Source: Cyanophora paradoxa CCMP329
Lineage: Eukaryota > Plantae > Glaucophyta
Assembly: GCA_004431415.1 (NCBI GenBank)
Contig: QPMI01000595.1
Location: 4,302-68,301, forward strand
Direction: 5' to 3'
Length of the DNA stretch: 64,000 nt
The number at the start of each line of letters is the position of its first letter. The first letter of the stretch is position 1. A model generated the notes under the pieces. The model was given only the letters and a program-made list of their open reading frames with translations. It searched no databases and had not been told where the DNA came from. A program made the translations under genes and the position numbers. Positions 43,624-53,881 of this stretch are shown here, piece by piece.

Positions 43624-43735
43624 AGGTGTCACAGGTGTTCACAGGTTTTTATCGTCCCTGGTCATTTTTCTTTTTATAGCCCCCTAGATGGGATGGACCT
43701 GTGACACCTGTGAACAACACCATTTCCAGTAAGGC
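43624..43735. promoter_or_regulatory. Internal iteron-like (putative origin) site immediately downstream of the primase-helicase gene
   Basis: GGTGTCACAGGTGTTCACAGG ... GATGGGATGGACCTGTGACACCTGTGA ... CAGTAAGG, the same motifs as in both TIRs. Confidence 0.6.
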
Positions 43736-43817
43736 TATAAAAAATACATATACATTTCAATCATAAATCGTTTTGTTTAATATTCAACATCCTCTCCATT
43801 GTCTTCTTGAACCCTTG

Positions 43818-46103
43818 TTATCTTTCGAAGTCCAATGTAGCCCTTGCTCTGGTTCCCTGAATTCGTTTAACCTCTGATTTCACATTGAAGATTTCCCTTA
43901 CTCTCTTCATCACAGAAACACATTCAACTTTATCATCGACACTTCTGTATGATTTGTAAATGATATCACTCGAAACAAAGTCGTTTGCATTATGGGTAAC
44001 TTCGAAATTATCCCTAAGCCATTCACCAATCTTATCATTTTCAGCTATAAAGTTTATTCCCTGTTCAATAATCGATTGAGGGGGATTTCTTAAGATCTCT
44101 TCAACCTCTTTGTTCTTCCACATATCCAGTAATATCTTCATGTGAGCCATCTTATACTCATCATCATTGTGTAGAAGTGTGAACAGTGTTGGGTCAGCTT
44201 TCTTCTGACCAGCTTCAGGCTTCTCTCTGAATATATTATTGAATCTCTGGTATGAAAGTCTTCTTTGAATTGCAAAGTCTGGTTTATTTATAGTCAAATT
44301 GTCATTAGTTGTAATGTAAACCTGGAACATTGGAGTGAGGATTACTGGGTCTTTGAACAAGGCTCTCACAGTCATTTCATTTCCACCTGTGACCTCCTTA
44401 ATTTTGGAGATCTGCAGTTTATCACCATCTTCAGCCTCATTACTGAATACAAGTCGCTTTCCAAGGAGTTTGGCAAGTTCAGGAGTAGCATCTGATGAGT
44501 TCTTTTTAGGTTTGGTCCAATAGGATATTTCGAGAGGGCTATAATAAGCCCCTGAAATCTGTTTGCAGTATTCCTGAACAAGTGATTTACCATTTGCCCC
44601 AGCACCAGTCCACATGTAGAACTTCTGTGATTTTGTTGATCCACTGAGGGCAATTGCAATAGATGCCAGAAGGTAGTTTCGCTCTGCTGGATCATCTACA
44701 ATCTCTCTATAAATCTGATTGAGATGGTCTACTTTCTTGGGGTCTACATTCTCAGTATAATCATAACCCACACTCTTGCTCACCATATCTTCCAGTTTCC
44801 CCTTTCTGAAAGTCATAGTTGTCAGATCAAATACACCATTATCGAATCCAATTACATATGGAACTGTATCAATCTTTTCATAGAATTCATCATCATTCAG
44901 CAGAGGGAGCAGATCAGTCAGAAGGGATTTGCGATATCCTGATTGTTTAAGATTTTTGGCAATAGAAATTAATGTTTTCGATTTCTCTTCGAAAGCTGTT
45001 CTATTCTCTTCATCCTTCAAAGCTCTTTGGCTATAATGCACAGCCCTGCCAAGGTATTGAGGGACAACAAGGCAACTTATGTCTAGGTAAATCTTTTGGT
45101 TTGTGTCATCATGCTCCCAAATCCCAGTATCAGTATTGAGTTTGAACCATGACTTTTTGGAGTATCTCCAAGTATGTTGTAGTACCTCTTTGCACACAAG
45201 ACTGACATCATAATGAGCGCCTCCAGAACCAGCGGACTTATCAATGAGATTGAAGATATCAGATTGCATTCCAATGAAGATAAATCGTTTTTTGCAATTG
45301 CCACTGTAGCTGGACACAATATACTTTTTATCTTCTCCTTTGGCTTTCATAACATACCAGTTATTCGATTCATGGGACCCATTGCAGCATGGGCAATTAA
45401 GTCCCTTATTAGCAGCATCAAAGTTAAAGCCCAGTTCAGTTTGAGAGATTATATTGGGATGCATAAAGCCCATATCCACCAGCTCTTTAAGAATACTCTT
45501 TTCCAATGCATCATGTGAGGTAGCATTAGCAGTATACTCACTCTTATAGATATAGTTCTCTGCAATCCACTTTTTAAACTCATCAGTAGGCTCATTGAAA
45601 TCACAGGTATCATCCCATGGAGCAATTACCCAGGTCTTGTTGACACTGGGACAAACATTAATTAATCCAGAAGTTCCAGTTCCAGTGATTGTTTTCAGGT
45701 CAACCTTTTCAAAGCCTTTAAAGCCTGGAGCCTTATCGGTGATTTTGAGTTTAGTGAACTCCTCAGGTCGTTTAAAGTAGACATGATAGCCTTTTTTAGT
45801 TTTTGCCATGGGCTGATTGGCATCAAAGTCATCAGGAAACATATCCCGGAATTTCTCAAAGTTCTCCTCATCATCAAAGTCAATAACCATCATGTTGTCT
45901 GAGAGCAGAATGCCCCAAGATACATACTGATTAGTTGCCAGCGCTTCCTCATACTTTTCCCAGGACCAAGCACCTCCCTTATGCTTGAAAACTGGGTCTT
46001 TGCTGTCAGGTTTCACTGGGATAATCATGTTTTTGGCGAGTTCCTCATCAGAACGAAGCCAGTTAGCGAGCGATTTGATTAACTTGGTCTGTTTGGCGTT
46101 CAT
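43818..46103 (-). CDS. Primase-polymerase (PrimPol-like) fused to D5-like SF3 helicase
   Basis: VIDFDD and TKKGYHVYF primase motifs; CPCC...H zinc site; IGFDNGVFDL (D5_N); Walker A GAGANGKS; FSNE and TTND. Confidence 0.92.
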   Translation of the reverse strand: MNAKQTKLIKSLANWLRSDEELAKNMIIPVKPDSKDPVFKHKGGAWSWEKYEEALATNQYVSWGILLSDNMMVIDFDDEENFEKFRDMFPDDFDANQPMAKTKKGYHVYFKRPEEFTKLKITDKAPGFKGFEKVDLKTITGTGTSGLINVCPSVNKTWVIAPWDDTCDFNEPTDEFKKWIAENYIYKSEYTANATSHDALEKSILKELVDMGFMHPNIISQTELGFNFDAANKGLNCPCCNGSHESNNWYVMKAKGEDKKYIVSSYSGNCKKRFIFIGMQSDIFNLIDKSAGSGGAHYDVSLVCKEVLQHTWRYSKKSWFKLNTDTGIWEHDDTNQKIYLDISCLVVPQYLGRAVHYSQRALKDEENRTAFEEKSKTLISIAKNLKQSGYRKSLLTDLLPLLNDDEFYEKIDTVPYVIGFDNGVFDLTTMTFRKGKLEDMVSKSVGYDYTENVDPKKVDHLNQIYREIVDDPAERNYLLASIAIALSGSTKSQKFYMWTGAGANGKSLVQEYCKQISGAYYSPLEISYWTKPKKNSSDATPELAKLLGKRLVFSNEAEDGDKLQISKIKEVTGGNEMTVRALFKDPVILTPMFQVYITTNDNLTINKPDFAIQRRLSYQRFNNIFREKPEAGQKKADPTLFTLLHNDDEYKMAHMKILLDMWKNKEVEEILRNPPQSIIEQGINFIAENDKIGEWLRDNFEVTHNANDFVSSDIIYKSYRSVDDKVECVSVMKRVREIFNVKSEVKRIQGTRARATLDFER

Positions 46104-46120
46104 TTTCAGCGATTGGGGGT

Positions 46121-46160
46121 CCCTTTTATATATATAGAAGATTTTTCTTTAAGTAGTTTT
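46121..46160 (-). promoter_or_regulatory. Conserved upstream motif AAAACTACTTAAAGAAA.ATCTTCTATATATATAAAAGG (putative early promoter)
   Basis: Near-identical copy at 47450-47488 and a looser copy at about 46588-46620, each just upstream of a minus-strand ATG. Confidence 0.7.
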
Positions 46161-46316
46161 GGGTCCCCCAATCATTTTTTGTTGGAAATCGAGAAAGTAT
46201 CCCTACGAAATTTATCCACATGATATATCGAGTGGTTCAGATACAAAAAGGATGAATTGGTATTTCAGCGAATAAACAGCATATCCCCAGCCTAGTAATA
46301 TGCTGGGAAAAATAAT

Positions 46317-46571
46317 TTAGACATGTTTCGATTTTCTCCCTCTGTTTGAGTAAGGGACATCATACAAATATTTGACAAAGCAGACTGCATTGGCTGCATA
46401 CTTTCGCTGACATGAACTTGCTATTTTCATGGCTCTATAGGTATCATCGGTTTGATATAGATCTCTTAGCTGTGTGGCTATTTTTTCGTTAAACTTTTTG
46501 ATTTGAGCCTTACCTTTTTCAGTTTGCTGGTACCTCTTCATAGCTCTCTTCTGGGCTTCACTGAGTGGCAT
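46317..46571 (-). CDS. Small basic hypothetical protein
   Basis: MPLSEAQKRAMKRYQQTEKGK; preceded by the shared promoter motif. Confidence 0.65.
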   Translation of the reverse strand: MPLSEAQKRAMKRYQQTEKGKAQIKKFNEKIATQLRDLYQTDDTYRAMKIASSCQRKYAANAVCFVKYLYDVPYSNRGRKSKHV

Positions 46572-46627
46572 TTTTCCTCTGTCTCTCTTAATATATATAG
46601 AGAATTCTTTAAATCATTTTTTGTTCT

Positions 46628-47446
46628 TTAACCTCTCTGTCCAAATCTCTCAATATACATAAGTTTGAAATGCTTACCTAGCAATGCTACAAATGGTTCG
46701 ATTTCCAAGGTCTCCCATGTTTTCTTGTCCTTATTCCATCTGCAATCTAATCCTTTTGCGATATCTTTTTTAAGAAAAGGCACCTGAAACCCAGCAACCA
46801 ATGTGTTTGTTGTACTGAGTTCTGCATACATTTCAATCAATGCAGATCTACCCTCTCTGAACCTCTCTATATCATCTCTGCGAAGATTATCCATTTTTGG
46901 AATGAACTGGTTGCACCAAATCAGGAAAAGATTAACTGCATGTCTATTCCTTGCTCTTTCTTGTTCTAATTCTCTCTGCCTTCGCTCTCTTTCTTCTAAT
47001 TCAAGTTGTTTCTTTCGCTCCTCTGCTTCTTTCTGGATTTGCTTTTTTCTTTCCAATTCCTCCTCCTTTATGATAATCCTGCACTTATTGCAGAAATTAT
47101 CCTTACGGTTTTTATGTCGATCTCCGCATTTCTTGCATATATCTTCCCTCCTTGCACCATTTGGCATAAATCGTTTAATGCAGCAGTTGCCAACAAGAAC
47201 CACAATCTTTTTATCCACATGCAAGATGTAGCATTGTTCTTCAATATGATGCTTGCAAGCACAGCTGTTTGAGTGTGGAGGAAGGCTTTCGTGAGTCAAA
47301 TCATACTTTGCAAGTTTCAAATACAAAGAGTTCATATATTTGCTTCTCCCCAAAGCGACAAAGTCTTTAAAGTTATTAGATCCACAAAGAAACATTAATG
47401 TAGCCTTCAAGCGTTCCAGAGAAGATGTTGCTTTGTTCTCTGCCAT
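46628..47446 (-). CDS. Cys-rich zinc-binding protein with coiled coil and C-terminal DUF5710-like domain
   Basis: CACKHHIEEQCYI...VGNCCIKRF, CKKC..CNKC and VPFLKKDIAKGLDCRWNKDKKTW. Confidence 0.65.
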   Translation of the reverse strand: MAENKATSSLERLKATLMFLCGSNNFKDFVALGRSKYMNSLYLKLAKYDLTHESLPPHSNSCACKHHIEEQCYILHVDKKIVVLVGNCCIKRFMPNGARREDICKKCGDRHKNRKDNFCNKCRIIIKEEELERKKQIQKEAEERKKQLELEERERRQRELEQERARNRHAVNLFLIWCNQFIPKMDNLRRDDIERFREGRSALIEMYAELSTTNTLVAGFQVPFLKKDIAKGLDCRWNKDKKTWETLEIEPFVALLGKHFKLMYIERFGQRG

Positions 47447-47449
47447 TGT

Positions 47450-47488
47450 CCTTTTATATATATAGAAGATATTTCTTTAAGTAGTTTT
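47450..47488 (-). promoter_or_regulatory. Second copy of the putative early promoter
   Basis: One mismatch in 39 bp versus 46122-46160. Confidence 0.7.
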
Positions 47489-47557
47489 CATCAAATTTTT
47501 GCGTTCGGAATATCCCCATTTAAAACCTCCCCTTTTAGTAGGAACAAGTTAGGAACT

Positions 47558-50500
47558 ATGCCCCGAATTAGCAACAGACTCATTAGAGAGAAGAAATGGG
47601 AACTCATGGGATTACTGGGAACACTGTATGCAGCCCATGAAATTACAGAGGCTGAATATGACCGGGAAATCGGATTTATTTCAAGGGGCAGACCCACTTT
47701 AGCGAAATTAACCAGAAAAGCCAATAACCTCTATGATAAAGTTGAAACTCTTGATGAACTCGATCGCCTGAGGCAAATAGAACCAGAGGCAGAAGATGGT
47801 ACAGCAATGAATGAATTATATCGCTGGCTCACTTACAGAGCCAGAAGGGAAGTTGTTGTTGATGTGATTGAATATTTAGATAGAATTGCAACCTCTCTAC
47901 CAAAACGTTTAAGAGACAGTCTAGATCAATTCAGGGCAATCAAAGTTCGCTTATCGTTTATCTGCAAGTTCGTAAAAGTCAGCAATCCACAGGTTTGGAT
48001 ATCGAAATACATTTACAGCGATTATTTTGTATTAACCAAATCGAGAAATATTCGAACTGAGCTGAATAAAGCAGCCCAAATGTGTCAGGAGCAGATGAAT
48101 GTTGTTGATAGCTATCGATTGGAGAGAATCGAAATGCTCAGAGTTGCTATTATGAGTTATGCCCCAACTGGTGGTTGCTATGTTAAAACACCTGATTCAA
48201 TTGCAGCCAAGAGAGCCACAGTGAATATTCGAAATATTGATGATTCTTGCTTCGAAAATGCAGTTTTGGCATGGATCCATAGGAAAGATGTGAATTCCCA
48301 CAAGAGAAGTGAGCTAACACAATATCGCAAATGGAAATACTCACCAACTACATACAATCCTCTGGCTCTCAATTTCGATAACATCCCATTCCCTGTTCCC
48401 TGTGATGCTGAAATCATTGATAAATTCGAATCTCAAAATGCAGGCATCAGCATAAACATATTTGGAATGGATCGAGATGTTATATATCCCCTACATCAAT
48501 CCAGCAACCCAGGCAGAAAGCAAAAGATTAATCTCATGCTCATTCATGATGATGAAGGGAATGGTCACTATATTACAATCATGTCCCTTTCAAGACTTCT
48601 CAGAGTTGCCCTTGATAAAACCAAGGATCAAAAGTTACACTACTGTGACACATGCTTATCTCGATTCAGGTCTGAGGCTAAACTCACTGCTCATGTGGAC
48701 TCAAACAGATGCATTGATTGGAGACTCTCAAAGGGAATCACTCCTAAGCCTGAGACCACCATAGAGTTTGGACTGAAAAACCTCAGGAAAACTGTGTGGC
48801 TTCCTGTTGTGGTATACTGCAAGATTGAACATAGAAGCATCCCATTGATGCATCAAAATCCAAGAGAGAAGTCTCAGCAGTCAACATAAGAATAGTCACT
48901 GGGGCAGATGTTCAAGATTTTCGATTTGAGGGGCAGGATCCAATGGGAGGTCTGTTTGAATGCTTGGAGTCCAAAGCAAGAGAACTAATCGATTTCCTGT
49001 TTACCAATATTCCCATGAATGAACTCACAGATGAGCAAAAGGCTATTTACAGAGCTACCAAACACTGTTACCTTTGCAGTGAGAGGTTCACCAAGGAAAA
49101 CTTCAAATGCAGGGATCATGATCACCACACAGGTCATTACATTGCCCCTGCATGCAGAAACTGCAATCTCCATAGGAGAATCTCAAAGCAAACCAAAGTT
49201 GCAGTTGTTGTTGATCAAATGGATGACTGTGGGACATTCATTTTCAGAAAAATAGCAGGCATGGGTGATAAAAAGCGAATCGAAATCCTTTCGAAAAACT
49301 TTGATCAATATCTTTCATTGCAATGGGGTCTTTACAAGTTCATTGATGCAAGTAATTTTATGGACTTTGGGGCTGCTGATGTAGATGAGTTAATGAGCAA
49401 ATTCCAGGCTTTCAGAAGGCTTTCACACTCAGTATATGGATTGGACCCAGTTCATTATGTATCTGCACCTGGGTTATCTTGGGATGCTATGCTTAGGACC
49501 ACCAAGGCAAAAATAGAGCTTATAAGTGATGTAGAGCAATACGAATTTGTTGAGAGGGGAATCAGGGGTGGCTTTGCAACAATGCCTTGTAGGTATGCTG
49601 AGGCTGATGGTGAGAACTCCCATATTATGCTGTTTGATGCTAACAACTTGTATGGCTACTGCTTGAGTCAGCCTATTCCAGTTGGTGATTTTAGATGGGA
49701 GACCGAATTCAACCCACAAGATAACAGATCCAGTTTCCTGGAAGTTGATCTGGATTACCCAATTAGGCTGTTTCTAGATCACAGTGATTTCCCCCTAATT
49801 ATAAACAAGAAAATAGTAGAATATGCAGAATTATCACAATATCAAAAGAGCCTATTGGATCTCTCAGGAGAAGAGCTTGATAAGACCCCTAAGCTAACTG
49901 CAACCTTTGGTTCTGTGACAAACTATGTGATTTCTGAGCCTCTTCTACAGTATATTCTGACCAAAGGTGTGAAACTAAAGAAGGTTCACAGGGTCCTATC
50001 ATTTACTGTGGCTCCTGTAATGAAACCCTACATTGAGCTGAACACTGATATGAGAAGGAAAGCAGTGAATAAATTCGAGGCTGATTTCTATAAACTCATG
50101 AATAACTCAATCTATGGGAAATGCATTGAATCATGTAGAGGTAGATCTGTGGTTAAGATTGCCAACAGTGAGAAACTGTTTATGAAATATGCAGCCTCTC
50201 CTTTAGTGAAATCAACAAGTCCCATAAGTGAAAGGGCAGTTGCCTTTGAGTTTTACACAAAACATGTGAAGCTAGATAAGCCTGTTGCTATTGGGGCTTA
50301 TGTTTTGGATACTGCCAAACTGCATAACTACAAGTTCTTCTATGATACTGTAAGGTCCCAGTGGGCAAAAGCAAAGTTACTATTCCATGATACTGACTCC
50401 TTTTGTCTATATATCGAATCTAAGACCCTACAAAAAGATATAGGGAATATCTCTTATGCATTGGACCTAGGGGGGTCTAACAGAATGACCCCAGGTAAAT

Positions 50501-50802
50501 ACAAAAATGAGATGCCAGGTTCTGCTATATTGGAGTATGTAGGTCTGAGAGCCAAAGTTTACAGTTTCAGAACAGCTGAGATTGAGAGAAGTAAGCTATC
50601 TGGGACTTCCACTGAGGAACTCCAATTCAATGATTTTAAGGAGTGTTTATTTGCAGGTATCAGCAAGACTGTGACTGCAAAGCAGAAGAGAAGGGCAGAT
50701 CACACAATAATAGATACTGTGAGTAGAAGGGTTGCCCTAAACTGCTTTGATGCAAAGAGATACATCTTACCAGATGGTATTAATTCTGTTCCTTTTAATT
50801 AA
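47558..50802 (+). CDS. polB: Protein-primed family B DNA polymerase (N-terminal TP/vOTU-like region, zinc finger, EndoVII-like insert, polymerase); one frameshift near 48840
   Basis: VNIRN.DDSCF...GHY; CDTC...H; CYLC..DHDHHTG...CRNCN; YGLDP.HY.SAPGLSWDAML; IRGG; DANNLYG; KLMNNSIYGK; HDTDS. Confidence 0.93.
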
Positions 50803-50805
50803 GAG

Positions 50806-52190
50806 ATGCCAGCAACTGGAAGAATAGTTAGGAGAACCACTGAGCAACTGCAAGGTAACCTACTGCCTATCACAGTTCCAAAGGAGGAAAAGGGGGAATC
50901 TCGAATTGTTAAAAGTCTGAAATGAAAGAGCTTGTCCCAGTAGAGATCCCAGTTGCTATTGCAGTGAAAGAAACTAGCAAGATTGCCAAGAGATTCTATG
51001 ATGTGAGAACTGGTTACAAAGGGCTTCAAGCTATGAGGGCTGAGTTACCAGATGAATCCTACAAGCAGTTGCAAGAGTTCTATAAAAAGCAAGAGGTAGT
51101 TCAGATCAATGCACCTGCTATATCTAGAAAGAGAGATCCCATGGTTCCAATAAGGCAACCCCTTGATACCTATGTGATTGATTTGCTCTTTTTCCCAGCT
51201 TATAAGAAACAAAACAATGGCTATGATACATTTATGACTGCAATGGAATCAACACTGAGAACTGGATATATCATACCTATAAGGGATAAATCAGCTCTCA
51301 CTACATTAGCTGCATTTAAACAGCTTGAGATGAGAGTAGCAAGACCCATAGTAAAGGTTCAATCAGATGCTGGGAGTGAATTCCAAAATCGAATATTCCA
51401 GGAGTATTTATCTAGTAAATACATAGAACACCAAGTGAGTGGAACTGCTGACCACAGAAGCCAAGGTCGAATTGAAGCCTTTAACAAGCAGATTAAGAGA
51501 CTGATCACAAACTACTGCATAGCTAATAACACAGCTAGATTTTTTGATGTGTTAGGTGATATTGAGTATAATTACAATAATACAGTTCACTCAGCTACTA
51601 AGATGAAGCCAGGCGAAACTACAGAGGAGCATTATAGGTATATAGTGGGATTAGAAGATGAGAGATTCAAGAAATCAATAGCTTATCTTGATACCATGCA
51701 ACCTGGCATGTTTGTTAGAGTGAAAGTTGAGAAGAACCCCTTTGCTAAACAGGGTAACAATTGGTCTAGGATGGTTTACACTGTTGATAGTAGGGAAGGC
51801 TTTAAATTTAAGCTAAGGAGTCCCACTGGTGAGATCATAGATAACAGGTTTGCTTTCCATGAGTTGTTGCCTGTGAATGCAGTTGAGTATCTGGAAACCC
51901 CTACAGTAGATGCCTTAGAGCAAGCCAAAGAAGAAGCCAGGGTTGATGCTGCTATAAGGAGAGAAGGCATAGAAGCTGCTAATGAAGTCCCAGATAAGCC
52001 TTTGATAGAGGCTAGGAAGGAGAAGGCTGGGAAAGTTAATAGGGAACTCAAAAAGCTCACCATAGCAGGCACACAGAAACTTTCAGAAGTGAATAGCCAG
52101 AGATGGTATAGTGACTTTCAGACTACTAAGGAGTCATATACAGCCCCTAAACCTCAAAGAACACTAAGAGAGAGGACCAAAACTAGCTAG
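50806..52190 (+). CDS. Retroviral-like (rve, DDE) integrase; one frameshift near 50915
   Basis: YVIDL / VQSDAGSEF / IEAFNKQIK; upstream frame MPATGRIV...GNLLPITVP matches the N-terminus of the element A integrase. Confidence 0.92.
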
Positions 52191-52682
52191 TTTGCTAGCC
52201 GAAAACTCGTTTTTTCCAAATATATGTATGACTGATATACATATATACATATATGCATATGATATACACATTGTCTTGTAGATCTTTTCAAGCGCTTCAC
52301 AGCGATATGCAGAACGTTGCGATTTGATAATCTGGTGATGAGATACAAGCGTTTGAAGATGCCGATTATCGATTTTTCGAGATTTCGGAATGATGCATCA
52401 TAATGATGTAATAATGATGTATCATAAACACATAACATATATATATCGCCGTGATCGTCATGATCTCCCGAGTTCGATGGTGTGTCATATATATCATATA
52501 CATATGCATCGTCATTATGACATCATTTCGTAACATAACACGTCCGTCATCGTCTTTTTTCCGCAGCGAACAGATAAGTGAACAGTTAACGAGACAACTA
52601 TTGTAATAGTGTACTGCAACAACAATTGAAAACAAGATATGCGGGAAAGCTATTGAAAGACAATGAAGCAAATTGCGAACAA

Positions 52683-52771
52683 TTAAGTGAACAGTTAAGT
52701 GGACACCTGTTGGGAGTAGGCAGTGTCTACTCGTTTATCGTGAAACGGTGTCCACTTAACTGTTCATTTAA
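52683..52771. repeat. 25-bp inverted repeat (one mismatch) with inner small hairpin in non-coding subterminal region
   Basis: TTAAGTGAACAGTTAAGTGGACACC ... GGTGTCCACTTAACTGTTCATTTAA. Confidence 0.8.
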
Positions 52772-52957
52772 CTGTTGACGAAAACCCATGCATTATGACA
52801 TCATATCATTAAACCACATACAAAACACTAAAATGCATGTATCTCTTCACCAACTCATCATGTGACAAAACCAAAAACAGATTCGGAATCCTCTTAACGA
52901 GGCCTGCCTGACGATGTAAGTATCATAGGCTCAATAATTCATATGTTTATAAGCATC

Positions 52958-53837
52958 TCCCCTTGATTCCCCCTATTATATAATATTTATATTAAAGTGG
53001 ACTCAAGGTTGACTCATATTAATCGTAAAAGTAGTAAAAGTATATGGATTTTGTTACGAATTCAATGCAAGGGTTGACTAAGTGGGTTGAGTTGACTCAA
53101 ATTTCACAGGAAATAACAATGAATCAGAGTATAAATGCATTTTTTGAATCAACTACACCAACTAACACTGAGATTTTAACAATATATGAGGTCCTTACTG
53201 AATATGGTATGTGTCACAGGTGTCACAGGTCTATCCCAGCTCAAGCCCTATAAAGAGTGATTTTCCCTTTCGATGGGATGGACCTGTGACACCTGTGACA
53301 CCCAATTATTCATTAAATTCTTAAGGGTCCCCCCTTAGACTCATTAAAACATGAGAAAAACATATCAATTTCATGTATAATTACGATTGGATTCAATAAA
53401 AGATCTATTTGTTTTATTAAACAAATGAATCTTATATGGATCTTAATCGAGTTAAGCGATATATTTCCGATTAAATGAATTAAATTTAATTAAATTTAAT
53501 CGAGAAAGTACATGAATATAATATCGATTAAATCAATTAACAAAAAGACCAATCACACATAGTAAAATGCGGAGTTTTAACCAGAGGCAAGATCTAATTG
53601 AGATTCAGTTATATTATTCGGAATTTTATACAGATTATCGATTAACTCAGTAAGACTAATCGGAAAATAAGAGAAATTTACGATAAAATATCGAAAAGAA
53701 TACAAAATAATCGAAATAAATGAATATTCGATAAGATATACACAGATTATCGATTGATTGAAATAGAATATACGAGATATATCAACAAAATCAATTAAGA
53801 TAAGCCGAGGGTTAAAACTCCGCATTTTACTATGTGT
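52958..53837 (-). repeat. Right terminal inverted repeat (880 bp)
   Basis: Reverse complement of 25214-26093. Confidence 0.97.
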
Positions 53838-53843
53838 CCCGCC
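53838..53843. repeat. Right target-site duplication CCCGCC
   Basis: Matches 25208-25213. Confidence 0.95.
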
Positions 53844-53881
53844 CCTAAGTGCGCCCCTGACCATCCCCCCCTCTCGCGCAG

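Larger units (their letters stand above)
25214..53837. mobile_element. Element B: complete 28,624-bp endogenous Polinton/Maverick-like virus
   Basis: 880-bp TIRs, 6-bp TSD, pPolB, rve integrase, ATPase and capsid genes; sharp GC drop relative to the host; the host gene resumes in frame after the element. Confidence 0.97.

Noticed and set aside
39740-52190. Programmed frameshifting or pseudogenisation of MCP, pPolB and integrase
   Set aside because: Breaks are single-base indels, often in short homopolymers, at different positions in A and B and also in host LRR exons. I saw no in-frame nonsense decay and the TIRs are near-identical. Sequencing error is more likely; read polishing would decide.
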